DNA of 57,915 nt. Source: a virus (taxonomy: Duplodnaviria; Caudoviricetes). The translations under genes and the position numbers were made by a program. Location of the stretch: the IMG/VR virus record IMGVR_UViG_3300042480_000777, positions 1 to 57,915 of that record. The stretch is one strand, 5' to 3'. The notes beneath the pieces were generated by a model. The model searched no databases and was not told the origin of the DNA. It saw only the letters and a list, made by a program, of their open reading frames with translations. Within the stretch, counting starts at the first letter, position 1, and each line of letters opens with the position of its first letter. Of this stretch, positions 10,501 to 16,349 are shown one piece after another.

Positions 10501-11378
10501 AAGCTGCTGGCGGCCATCATCAGCCACCCATCGACACTGCCTGGAAGTCCAGCATCGCCAGACAGCAGGTCGACCACACTGCCCTCGACCCTGGCGTCGG
10601 CTCGCGCCTGCTTGCCGCCTTCGGTCATGGAGCCGCGCACGGACTCGGCGACCGGCGTGAGCGGATTGAAGCCCTCGTAGTCGTTGGTGCCGGTGACCTT
10701 GTTGGCCAACGCCGCCGCGCCTTCGCCGGCAAACTGAACCATGGAACCCACACCCGCAATGGCCGAGGCGGCGAACTCCTTGCCGAAGTCGGTGAGGGTG
10801 GCCTTCTCGCGCTCTTTGGCGGCGTCGACGTACTCCTGGCCAGTGGGTGAGACGAACTCACCCTTCTTCGCCGCCGGCGCACCCGCGCCGACCTTGCGCA
10901 GGATCGAGGGCACGTACTGCTGCGTCTCGCGCGGCATGTACTGCAGCCAGGCCTCAGGCGTGCCGTTCTTCTCGGCGGTGGCCAGAGCGGTGCGCAGGCG
11001 TTGCGGGCCCGCGTTGTAAGCGGCCAGGGCGCGGGCGGTGTCGCCGTCGAAGTCCTGCAGCTGACGGTTGTAGTAGGCGCGACCCAGGGCCTTGTTGTAC
11101 TCCGGGTCGGTGCGGTAGCGCATCTCGTCGTACTCGAGGCCGGCGAGCTTGGCCGCCTCGGGCGCGGTGGCCGGCATGACCTGCGCAATACCAATGGCCC
11201 CCGCCTTGCTGGTCAGCGGCGCACCGCTCTTGTCGAACTGCTTGCCGCCAGACTCCTGGCCGAGCAGCGCGTCAAAGACTCGGTCCTGGCTCGGGCCGGC
11301 AGGCTGGCCACTGGCCCCGCCAGCAGGGCCGAAGGAGTCCAGGGCCTTGCCGAGTGCGATGTCGAAGATGTCTGCCAT
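1545..11378 (-). CDS. Giant polyvalent internal virion/ejection protein (lytic transglycosylase, InPase-like, zincin metallopeptidase, ART-like domains, Nudix, glycosylase-like)
   Basis: 3277-aa ORF. SLT motifs QESGG/GIAQVMP/AYNAGP/ETQQYV; IENPEGS..HYGEI..GADGDPVDVF..FDEHKVM; HEFFH; two FKxWFGD..PLVVYHG domains; Nudix box GAVDEGESLVDAATREAKEEIG; TIDVW..LQALVW. Confidence 0.92.
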   Translation of the reverse strand: MADIFDIALGKALDSFGPAGGASGQPAGPSQDRVFDALLGQESGGKQFDKSGAPLTSKAGAIGIAQVMPATAPEAAKLAGLEYDEMRYRTDPEYNKALGRAYYNRQLQDFDGDTARALAAYNAGPQRLRTALATAEKNGTPEAWLQYMPRETQQYVPSILRKVGAGAPAAKKGEFVSPTGQEYVDAAKEREKATLTDFGKEFAASAIAGVGSMVQFAGEGAAALANKVTGTNDYEGFNPLTPVAESVRGSMTEGGKQARADARVEGSVVDLLSGDAGLPGSVDGWLMMAASSFGSLATTLIPIAGPAARVASLTKAARAAETAGDAAKAAELFKAAEAASRTSRAIGVGTGGAMTGGAAAEDVRQSAAATLAKMSHEQLLAEVPTYAEAFNATGDEQSARQAVVNQAAQYASLGAAAFGAAGGYLNARVLEDFVAKKGMARVLGDSVASRTGRAAIGGGVGSIAEGGQETTEKVGQNVGENIALGRAAGDNALRNTAGDFLGGALVGGPVGAVGGFASSPSLPPELKPVAAKAAEPNSPLSRAAMAGNAGALSAAAATASPAVPPAGAVPPTDTRPPAADDLVQRVRNLEEGMRTEGWLDNLRLDGLDSREVLADMALARNVNAPRAAREAALERVETATFFANRDAPPPAPMDSIQNNPDFAPVESAEAAPREVPSLNAVASALRDPSLRGKISDPDRQQLLYLYNLANNSQGENTVRVNAAQQALEIVGRYQAPTGAPSAQGASALEQAAPATPGSAAPTSQPNVASQPNELDFLTTAPAPAKATGPLGGDTDQPAFLRKRSNVVRQLVDNGFETVARDGNTFFLTNTKTGQKFRLDGPADAQLARKAIKDRVDALANTAATSPLNDRSEPTARNIEANNWKKGDKIDLNGVVITIENPEGSIRRSKPGAAKPWETKMVHHYGEIKRTEGADGDPVDVFIGPRPDTNKIFVIDQVSEDGSFDEHKVMMGFTSEEAARQGYLANYEPGWTGLGAITEMSVGQFKTWAKSRAAKKPAAGSGVAQSATTVAPEATAAAAPGAAVEAAITQPNLAPAEQADADGQPKFFYVSDGGEQRKLRLVRASELPKQTSAPRGSGPSPLSQEDGELIQTIADMLGKQVVFYKADGKRLADGFAIPGQPNTLFVASETTINPLAVFGHEFFHTLRETNPEAWNAIAAVVRERVIDPKSFRKDYYGSVVVRDADGKTVKTFGGKSAAKNAKEFVAKSGRTDLKIGEQGSEALSEQSGGELEELVSDLGGNLLKDPTFWGEVLLKIQEENGANAKGIIAKLSALFKRMVARILDAAQRPGYKADSFVKELEQVRAAFRDAMADYLKSSGVSQRAMAAEQLRAEQQLKKSEDRVKRAHTQLKKNGLNDWSATTDLRDEGIPVLLQTRTSGGALITSATEFVDGRETTKNITGTPKMKVDQMSIGNHHKKVVQRFREMAKIAGIRKSEDRAQTETPEFKKWFGDSKVVDGRGRPLVVYHGTGADITVFRASRRGWYGKGMYFTDDATLADEYALNSDEGENVMPVYLRMERPYIYREPAYYERDPGDEANFDLIRDILPREKAQRLIAGMRREDTGYVGRQLQDALREMGHDGLIVESSSNPGAREFITFDPEQIKSAIGNQGTYDPENPDIRKSEDRPEGLTVTGYHFSQQPRKTLSTSFFGTGLRGSARDEIMSSADGRIRERLSFYFDKGTGVRPESGVGGIAHKATLTNIYDADADPLKLKGGNARVFESKVLDNGYSGYLTRLEGTQPGQVILLGKQTITPEVLGPRSRIDGDETATAPAPKAREMDLGDRIAANKSLPAGSLAPARWAQILMATMPEEAAQLLDIGAFNGDAAMYKDELVRRVRQIMGSERKSAGPQAAGIVFRAADTGRILLAKRGPGVANPGTWSIPGGAVDEGESLVDAATREAKEEIGYSGDIALEPVASVKFGNATYNTFIATVPSEFGPRLNWESSSAQWFSPDSLPDGLHPGFADAKAAVVAAAKSPVGMDKQGLAGIARGVGPEIRKSADRAKREYAEVEAKFKGTEQWLKAPNGTPSNLNERQWVQVRTPSFKNWFGDWEKFAGKEGGVWSDQLDEVSKAVDENGEPLVVYHGSGKGGFMAFEEPGGEKRGDLGIFATDDVGMAASYVRRNRARRVVEPADDDPQAGDQPGIYALFVNIRNPSESHFEGANWDGSRYGQYQVLDADGDLIYTDDGRAYLEQEEAERLASENDGATAEPAGDNYETTDDVVRGARRSRNDGAIIRSVMDDGGGPGYGGEPADVFVAFEPNQLKSADFNGGVFSVSEDDIRKTEDRVGDVSLHNLVAERGERVVAARVVLSDAERKAIEKSAVNTGLDAEEIEATVRDAKAAHPPSNGWAPVVFVRAELETDDSGKQKVAYVYENVPYSFNTDPDGRALKPGTPEYDAAVRRVAGGLVADVREVYERAKAGDKAASNIIAQAAWYKAMRERLRREFGGLGDLYADLLGATSPNTPVRGNWDNAIDSLRRALRGDFDELMPKWVAWADNVDQIEARFKDFFNAMLERGMSKKAIKELGEYQWLAERAKEARNFPDDMLPAKESGKKYGFNGQNVVRAMIDLWRVVKNADPDIGRGGTAPKALNFSGNLIGFRGRATIDVWAARNLQRNAGRPRIASMAETGVSGSMLTSGDATLQFGFGQDVFTQAVQWVRADAEMAQSDVLSKINDDDLQALVWFVEKEIWTRNNWTSAAGEGGSFEFEADLAGVKDQARVRELRRIADSSISATSAQKEVAQARIYEIADELEPYQDAAAAMAAVVKMTAAVRKAKKSNDGSAKSDRALAKLQTSLEGLKARVAVTLERLPKSRRSAAQVTARIGALKKEAARLAKTFDRPLPEQLRATRESSLRELARMSRTLDRFFLGLSVQSSSEIQGQASVPTDAKQAQVAQEIHGAAYKGDNGRSLVAAKVYSTEGRYGTPERAFDGEFIARDGFNPLPLAAKTFEVAQRERQDSAFVARVLRPDENVDLTLHRPGVEIYFRDSADPDKVEQMMRRVARTAVPRAQPEGEGRSDRYFRIGGYTVVVDGRRTPQALSGAMPKAVGMRIMYLPEFNARYGDSSWNGLTDQQIVGKMEGARGDLQELVNRVIDRLPGVSFGGLFHYEVDARFNDEYKDAINAYSTRNAAQQSGRDGAASWQGRSVRDAVAAATAGDGAQRAEPAAEVPGGESAAGAAASEVTKSADRAPEAAEPQPQEREEVTPAQARGRRVTYEVEVEDTGEKARLTVDAGEALSDYNQRIATIGKLLECLKK
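1766..1948 (-). CDS. Overprinted 60-aa helical protein nested out of frame in the giant gene
   Basis: AAGGA 8 nt before ATG; MPTQLEMLRNNLAAMEQRLGKDAPFVTLLRQQLQGMELNEQNRQQRFLVGSLPPEQPPQK; G/C-ending codons fall in this frame rather than the host-gene frame over this interval. Confidence 0.65.
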   Translation of the reverse strand: MPTQLEMLRNNLAAMEQRLGKDAPFVTLLRQQLQGMELNEQNRQQRFLVGSLPPEQPPQK

Positions 11379-11404
11379 GGGTGCTGGGTGTTGGGTTGCG
11401 GTGC

Positions 11405-13441
11405 TCAGCGGATAGTGCGCTCGATGCGCTGCAGCTCTGCGGCGTCGGCAGTGGGTAGCTGCCCGCGAAGCGAGTCATACTTCTGCGCGAGCTCAAGCGG
11501 CTGCAGGCGCGCCCTGTCGGCCTGGAACTGGCGCGAGAGCGCCTGCTGGGCGGCGGCTCGCTCCTGGTCGCGGCGCGCAGCATCGGCGCGAGCCTGGCCC
11601 TGGCGAGCCTGCCACCGAGCGGACGGGGAGTTGGGGTCCAGGCCCATGCCGCCGGGCTGCGTCAGGCTCGGCTTGGTGGCCGCGGGCTGCTCCTTCTTGG
11701 GCGCCTCGCTCTTGCCGTCTCGGGTGTAGCCAGCCTGCTCCAGCATGTCAGCCACCATCTTGGCGCCCTCCTTGGTGGACGGCATCCAGCGGCTGATAAG
11801 CTCAAGCTGCGGCTGCATGGCGGCCTTCGCAGCAGAAGAGGCCTGCGCGAGATCGGCATCGGTCGGCTTGCGACCCAGGCGCTGCTCCAGAGCGGCCAGG
11901 GCTTCAGGCGAGCGCAGCCGGGCGTCGAGCTTGGCGTCCATCTTGGCGCGAGCCTGGGGGTTGCGCGCTGCCGCGACCAGTTCGGCGCGCTGCTCGATCG
12001 GAACCTGGCTGACAAAGCCCATCGCCACCGCAGCCATCTGCTCGGGCGGCAGGCGCGAGTTGGTGGGTGAGCCAAAGGACTCGATCGAGAACTTGTTGCC
12101 CTGGTACTCGACCACGCTGTCGATGGTGCCGGTGCGCGGGTTGAAGGCGTTGGCGGGCTTGATCTTGCCGGTAGCCGTGTCCATGGCGAGCTTTGCTGCC
12201 ACGGTGTCGTCAAGGCTGCGGTTTTCAGAGATGGCGGATGACTTCAGTTTCCGGCCGATGACCCTGACGTTACCCACCACATCGGGCTCAAGTGCGCCCT
12301 TGGCAGTCGACTCCTTGATCAGGAACTCAGTCGCGGCGTCAACGCCCTTGAATGGGTCTTCTGGCTTGCCGCCAGCGCCCGCGCCCGTCCCGGCACCGCG
12401 GCCGCCGCCATCGATCCTGCGCAGAACGGTGTTGCCCTGGCCGTCGGTCATGGCCTCGTAGCCAGCCGGAAGGTTGCCTGCAGCGAACTCCTTCCACTTG
12501 CCATCAGTGGGGTCCAGCGCGCCGAACACCTCGCCCGGCTTGAGCACGCGCGGCTTGTACAGCTCTTCCTGCACCCTGGCGCGGGCATTGGCGCGGGTCT
12601 CGGCCTGCTTGGTCAAGCCCTCAATGCCCGACAGGTAGCGCAGCATTGCCTGCTCGACGTTGGGCACAACAACCAAGCCGTCGGAGTTGACTACCCGGTG
12701 GATCTTGTTGCCGGCCTTGTCGGTGACGGTCACGAACTTCTGACCCTCACCCAGGCGCTTGGCGCCGGTGGAGTTCCAGGCCTTGAGCGCACCCTCGGGG
12801 TCGCCGGCGTCGAGCATGGTCAGGGCACGGAACGCGCCTTCCTTCTCGGCCTCCTTGGCCCGCTTGAGATAGGCGTCGGCCCTCTCTTGCCCGCCGGCCA
12901 TGGTGCTCAGCTTTTCCGACATCGCCATGAACTTGGCGTAGGGCGTGACCGGGTTCTCGTCGACGAACTTCTTGGCGTCCGCGGCCGCGGTGAGGCCACT
13001 AAACAAGCGCCGGGCGCCATCGAGTGTGCGCACTGAGGCGGCCTGCTCGGCCTGGGGCGCACTCGGCGTCGCCGGTGGGGCCGGGCTCTGGCCTTCCTCG
13101 AGGCGCTGCTGCTCGGCCGCGAACTCGGCGGTCTTCAGGTCCGGCTGGTAGGCGGTCCTCTGCGCGCCGTCGGCGCCGGTGTAGCGCACTGCACCAGCGT
13201 CCTGCACCGTTCCCGCGCTCATGCCCTCGGTGATGGCCCTGTCGACGGCCTCCTTGTTGCTGCGGTCGCGCTGCTCAGCGCTAAGGCGCGCCATGTTGGC
13301 CTGGTGCAGCTCGGTCTGCATGTCGTCGAGCTTGGCCTGGCGCGCGTCGGCCTTCTCCTGGCGCTCGCGCTCGTACTCTTTGTCCCGGGCCTTGAGGTAG
13401 CCGCCACCGAATCCGGCGGCGAACGATGCCAGTTTGCTCAT
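11405..13441 (-). CDS. Internal virion (DNA ejection) protein
   Basis: 678 aa, helical, N-terminal LASFAAGFGGGYL followed by a charged coiled coil; lies between other ejection-type genes. Confidence 0.7.
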   Translation of the reverse strand: MSKLASFAAGFGGGYLKARDKEYERERQEKADARQAKLDDMQTELHQANMARLSAEQRDRSNKEAVDRAITEGMSAGTVQDAGAVRYTGADGAQRTAYQPDLKTAEFAAEQQRLEEGQSPAPPATPSAPQAEQAASVRTLDGARRLFSGLTAAADAKKFVDENPVTPYAKFMAMSEKLSTMAGGQERADAYLKRAKEAEKEGAFRALTMLDAGDPEGALKAWNSTGAKRLGEGQKFVTVTDKAGNKIHRVVNSDGLVVVPNVEQAMLRYLSGIEGLTKQAETRANARARVQEELYKPRVLKPGEVFGALDPTDGKWKEFAAGNLPAGYEAMTDGQGNTVLRRIDGGGRGAGTGAGAGGKPEDPFKGVDAATEFLIKESTAKGALEPDVVGNVRVIGRKLKSSAISENRSLDDTVAAKLAMDTATGKIKPANAFNPRTGTIDSVVEYQGNKFSIESFGSPTNSRLPPEQMAAVAMGFVSQVPIEQRAELVAAARNPQARAKMDAKLDARLRSPEALAALEQRLGRKPTDADLAQASSAAKAAMQPQLELISRWMPSTKEGAKMVADMLEQAGYTRDGKSEAPKKEQPAATKPSLTQPGGMGLDPNSPSARWQARQGQARADAARRDQERAAAQQALSRQFQADRARLQPLELAQKYDSLRGQLPTADAAELQRIERTIR

Positions 13442-14553
13442 GCTCGCGCTCCTTCCAGGGCCCGCTCAAGGCGCTCCACCTTGCGCGCGAGCGCGGCGGT
13501 GGCGGCCATGTTGATGCCGTTCATCGTGATTGGGTCAAGGGAGGTTCCGCCAGGCGCCGCGTCTTCGCCCATCGTGCGGTTGACGTCTTGCGCCATGGGG
13601 CCGATGTGGCGGGCGCTGTCGCCCAGGCCTCCCTTGTAGCTCCAGCGCGAGATGGGCGTCGCCTTGACGGCCGCAAGTGCCTCAGCGTCGGTGACCGGCC
13701 TGATGTCGGTCTTGGCGTTCACGTCGGAGAGGAACGGCAATGCCTTCAGCCCGGATGCGATCATGCTGGACCCGGCTTGGCTGCCCGCAAACTGGCCGGC
13801 GATGCCGCCCAGCGCTCCGAACACGCCGTTGTCTCTGCCCTCGATCTGCGCGACCTGTCCATACAAGCCACCGGCGCTGTTGTTGCCGGAGATGGCGGTG
13901 TTGAAGGCCTGGCCGACGACCGCCGCGTTCTGGCCGATGCTGCTCATCGTCGTCTGGCCGGTGCCGAAGGCGGCCCCGCTCGAGGCGTTGCTGCCGGCGT
14001 AGAAGGTCGACGCCGTGTTGGGCATGTTGCGACCGAAGTTCGATACTCCGGCGCGCAGTGCAATGCCCTTGTCGCGGGTCACGGTGGCGGCGCCAGTGGC
14101 CGCGCCGGCAGCAGCCACGGCCCGGGCGCGCTCGGCGGCGCCAGCGGGGCCCGAGAAGGCGGTGGAGGTGAGGCCGTAGCGACCGGCCATGCGCGCACTC
14201 CGGCCGAGAGAATTGTCGAACTCCTGGTTGACCTTGGCCGCCGCCTCGCCGGACACGCGATTGATGTTGGCGTCGGAGTCGTACTCCATCGCGTCGCTCA
14301 CCATCTTGCGCTCGACCGGCTGGAACGTCTCCTTGTAGTAGGCGTTCTGCTCGTTGGCGAAGTCCCTCTGCCGCTTCGAGGTGTCGAGGTAGTCACCCAC
14401 CAACTGGTCGGCGAGCCTCTGCTGCTTTTCTTGCGCCGGGCGGATGTCGCTGGCGTAGATGCCCTTGTAGAAGTCGAGCGCCTCCTTGGCGATCTCGGCG
14501 TTTGCTTGGGCTGCGGCATTCATGCCGCTGGTGTCGGGGGCGTCGGAGCACAT
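13438..14553 (-). CDS. Internal virion/DNA transfer protein with C-terminal peptidase S74 (autocleaving chaperone) domain
   Basis: Ala/Gly/Gln-rich body, hydrophobic GALGGIAG segment, then SDVNAKTDI..WSYK..HIGPMAQDV..coiled coil. Confidence 0.75.
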   Translation of the reverse strand: MCSDAPDTSGMNAAAQANAEIAKEALDFYKGIYASDIRPAQEKQQRLADQLVGDYLDTSKRQRDFANEQNAYYKETFQPVERKMVSDAMEYDSDANINRVSGEAAAKVNQEFDNSLGRSARMAGRYGLTSTAFSGPAGAAERARAVAAAGAATGAATVTRDKGIALRAGVSNFGRNMPNTASTFYAGSNASSGAAFGTGQTTMSSIGQNAAVVGQAFNTAISGNNSAGGLYGQVAQIEGRDNGVFGALGGIAGQFAGSQAGSSMIASGLKALPFLSDVNAKTDIRPVTDAEALAAVKATPISRWSYKGGLGDSARHIGPMAQDVNRTMGEDAAPGGTSLDPITMNGINMAATAALARKVERLERALEGARA

Positions 14554-14556
14554 AGT

Positions 14557-15162
14557 TCAGTCCCTGAAGATCTTCACGAATTCCAGCGCCACGGGCTCGT
14601 AGCCCAGGCGCCGCATCAGAACGTCAGCCCGGTTGACGAGCTTGCTGTTGACCCGGATCTCGCGAATGCCGAGGGCCAGGAGCGACTGCTCAGCAAAGCG
14701 CATCAAGGCCATGACGCGGAATCCGCCGCGATGCGCGGGCCTGATGAAAAGGGTGTCCTCGCAGGCGTAGCGGGTCTGGGTGTGGATGCTCAGCGCGATG
14801 AGCATGCGCAGGTTGCCGATCAGCTCTCCGCTCGCGCTGCGGATGGTGAACTGAATGAGGTTGCCGGCGCGCTCGCGCGCGATCACGGCGTCGTAGTCGG
14901 GGTTCAGGGCGAGGCCGTGACGGTGCTTCTCGGTCTCCAGCCAGTGCTCGACGTGCAGCTCGTGCATCTCGGGCAGGATGTCGGCAAAGCGCTCAACCTG
15001 GATGGTGTAGCCATCGCCCACCAGCTGGCCGAACTTGCTTGGCTCGTGCGTGCAGTCGGGCTCGGCGAAGAAGGCGGCCTCGATCTCGGCAGCGTCCTCA
15101 GGCAGCAGCACGCGACCCAGCTTGGCGGCGAGCGTCTGTCTGAACACCTCAAGCTGCGGCAT
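14557..15162 (-). CDS. GNAT acetyltransferase-fold protein
   Basis: EDTLFIRPAHRGGFRVMALMRFAEQ..LGI..LMRRLGY resembles GNAT motifs A/B; purine-rich RBS before ATG 15162; usual position ahead of podovirus ejection genes. Confidence 0.75.
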   Translation of the reverse strand: MPQLEVFRQTLAAKLGRVLLPEDAAEIEAAFFAEPDCTHEPSKFGQLVGDGYTIQVERFADILPEMHELHVEHWLETEKHRHGLALNPDYDAVIARERAGNLIQFTIRSASGELIGNLRMLIALSIHTQTRYACEDTLFIRPAHRGGFRVMALMRFAEQSLLALGIREIRVNSKLVNRADVLMRRLGYEPVALEFVKIFRD

Positions 15163-15187
15163 GGCCACCCCCTTTCTGGCGGGCCCG

Positions 15188-15215
15188 ATTTTACCAGCCA
15201 CGCAACAGAATGTTG
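15188..15215 (-). promoter_or_regulatory. Candidate promoter for the ejection-protein operon with palindromic site
   Basis: Extended -10 TGGTAAAAT on the minus strand; CAACAGAATGTTG at 15203-15215. Confidence 0.55.
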
Positions 15216-15261
15216 ACTCTTTTTTTGGGGTGTGCTACGCGACGCTGGGAGGGGCCGTCGG

Positions 15262-15819
15262 TTATTGCTTGTTGGCCAACGTATTGTTGGCCCCGCGCCG
15301 CCACAGCAGGACGTACGTCTCTGCCTCCGCCTGCACCGACAGCCCAGCCGACTCCACTTCGTAAAGGCGGCCCGGGCTCAATCGTTCGCCGCCGGCCGAG
15401 CACGATCCTCGGGCCACGAACAAGTTGCTGCCGGGGGTCAATGGCGTTGACTGCCCTGGGCCCAGACGCCTGACTGTGACGTGGGAGGTGTCCGACGCCC
15501 GACCATCGGAGCTGACACACCAGACCTCGGTCAGGGTCAGGGCCTGCCTCCTGTACGAACCCGCCTTCACCAGCAGCTTGTCATCGCAAGACATCCAGCC
15601 GGGCATGCGGTCTGGAAGGATTCCGTCCGTGTTGGCGAAGACGCCGGCCGGCTGAAAGTGCTTTGAGGCGAGGTCGCAGAAGCGCACATCCTCGGGGAAG
15701 TTCATGGTTTGCCACATGCCGGGCGCAAAGATGGTTCGCGTGATGTACAGGCCCGCCACGCGGAAGACGCTGTAATCAACGTCGGTCGACTGGTCAACGA
15801 GCCGCAAGTAGACCATCAC
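15262..15819 (-). CDS. Hypothetical protein
   Basis: 185-aa ORF whose GTGA start overlaps the upstream stop. Confidence 0.6.
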   Translation of the reverse strand: MMVYLRLVDQSTDVDYSVFRVAGLYITRTIFAPGMWQTMNFPEDVRFCDLASKHFQPAGVFANTDGILPDRMPGWMSCDDKLLVKAGSYRRQALTLTEVWCVSSDGRASDTSHVTVRRLGPGQSTPLTPGSNLFVARGSCSAGGERLSPGRLYEVESAGLSVQAEAETYVLLWRRGANNTLANKQ

Positions 15820-16349
15820 AGTCTCCCCGGAGAGCTGGCCGCACCGAGGGCCGAGCCCGGTTTGGTGGGCCAGGTGAGGCTGAAGGGGTCGGGGCCCTGA
15901 GCGGTGATGTCGCGCAGCGCCTGGCGGTACTCAACCCATTCGCTTGGAGTTGGCTGCCCCCGCTCCGATGACCGGGCAACAATCCAGTCGGACTCAGCAA
16001 GGAGTGATTCGCGCAGCTTGCGCACCTCGATCCACTTCTTGCGGACAGCCTCCGCTTGACCAACGGTTCGACTGGTCCCCGGGAGCCAGCGCACCCACCC
16101 CGCTGGCGGCGCCTCGTCGAAACGAGAGGCGCGGAAAACCTCGTCCGTGTTGGCCGGGTTGTACCAGGCGTGACCGCGGTAGTCGGGCGTCGCAACCCAC
16201 CGGCCAGAGATCCACCTCCACCGCTCGAGGTCGGCGAGCGGAGCGCTTGGCAGCGGCACAGTGACCACGCGATCGCGGCCGGCCGGATCAACTGCCTCGG
16301 CGGCGATGTAGCCGCGATGGAAGGAGTCGCCGTCAATGGTTGGCAGCAT
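15816..16349 (-). CDS. Tail fibre assembly chaperone
   Basis: VRKLRESLLAESDW..WVEYRQALRDIT..WPTKP signature; TGATG coupling to the upstream fibre gene. Confidence 0.85.
   Translation of the reverse strand: MLPTIDGDSFHRGYIAAEAVDPAGRDRVVTVPLPSAPLADLERWRWISGRWVATPDYRGHAWYNPANTDEVFRASRFDEAPPAGWVRWLPGTSRTVGQAEAVRKKWIEVRKLRESLLAESDWIVARSSERGQPTPSEWVEYRQALRDITAQGPDPFSLTWPTKPGSALGAASSPGRL

Noticed and set aside
9047-10527. Long same-strand alternative-frame ORFs inside the giant gene as further overprinted genes
   Set aside because: Products are Arg/Pro/Ala low-complexity and the main frame keeps normal G/C-ending codons, unlike the 1766-1948 case
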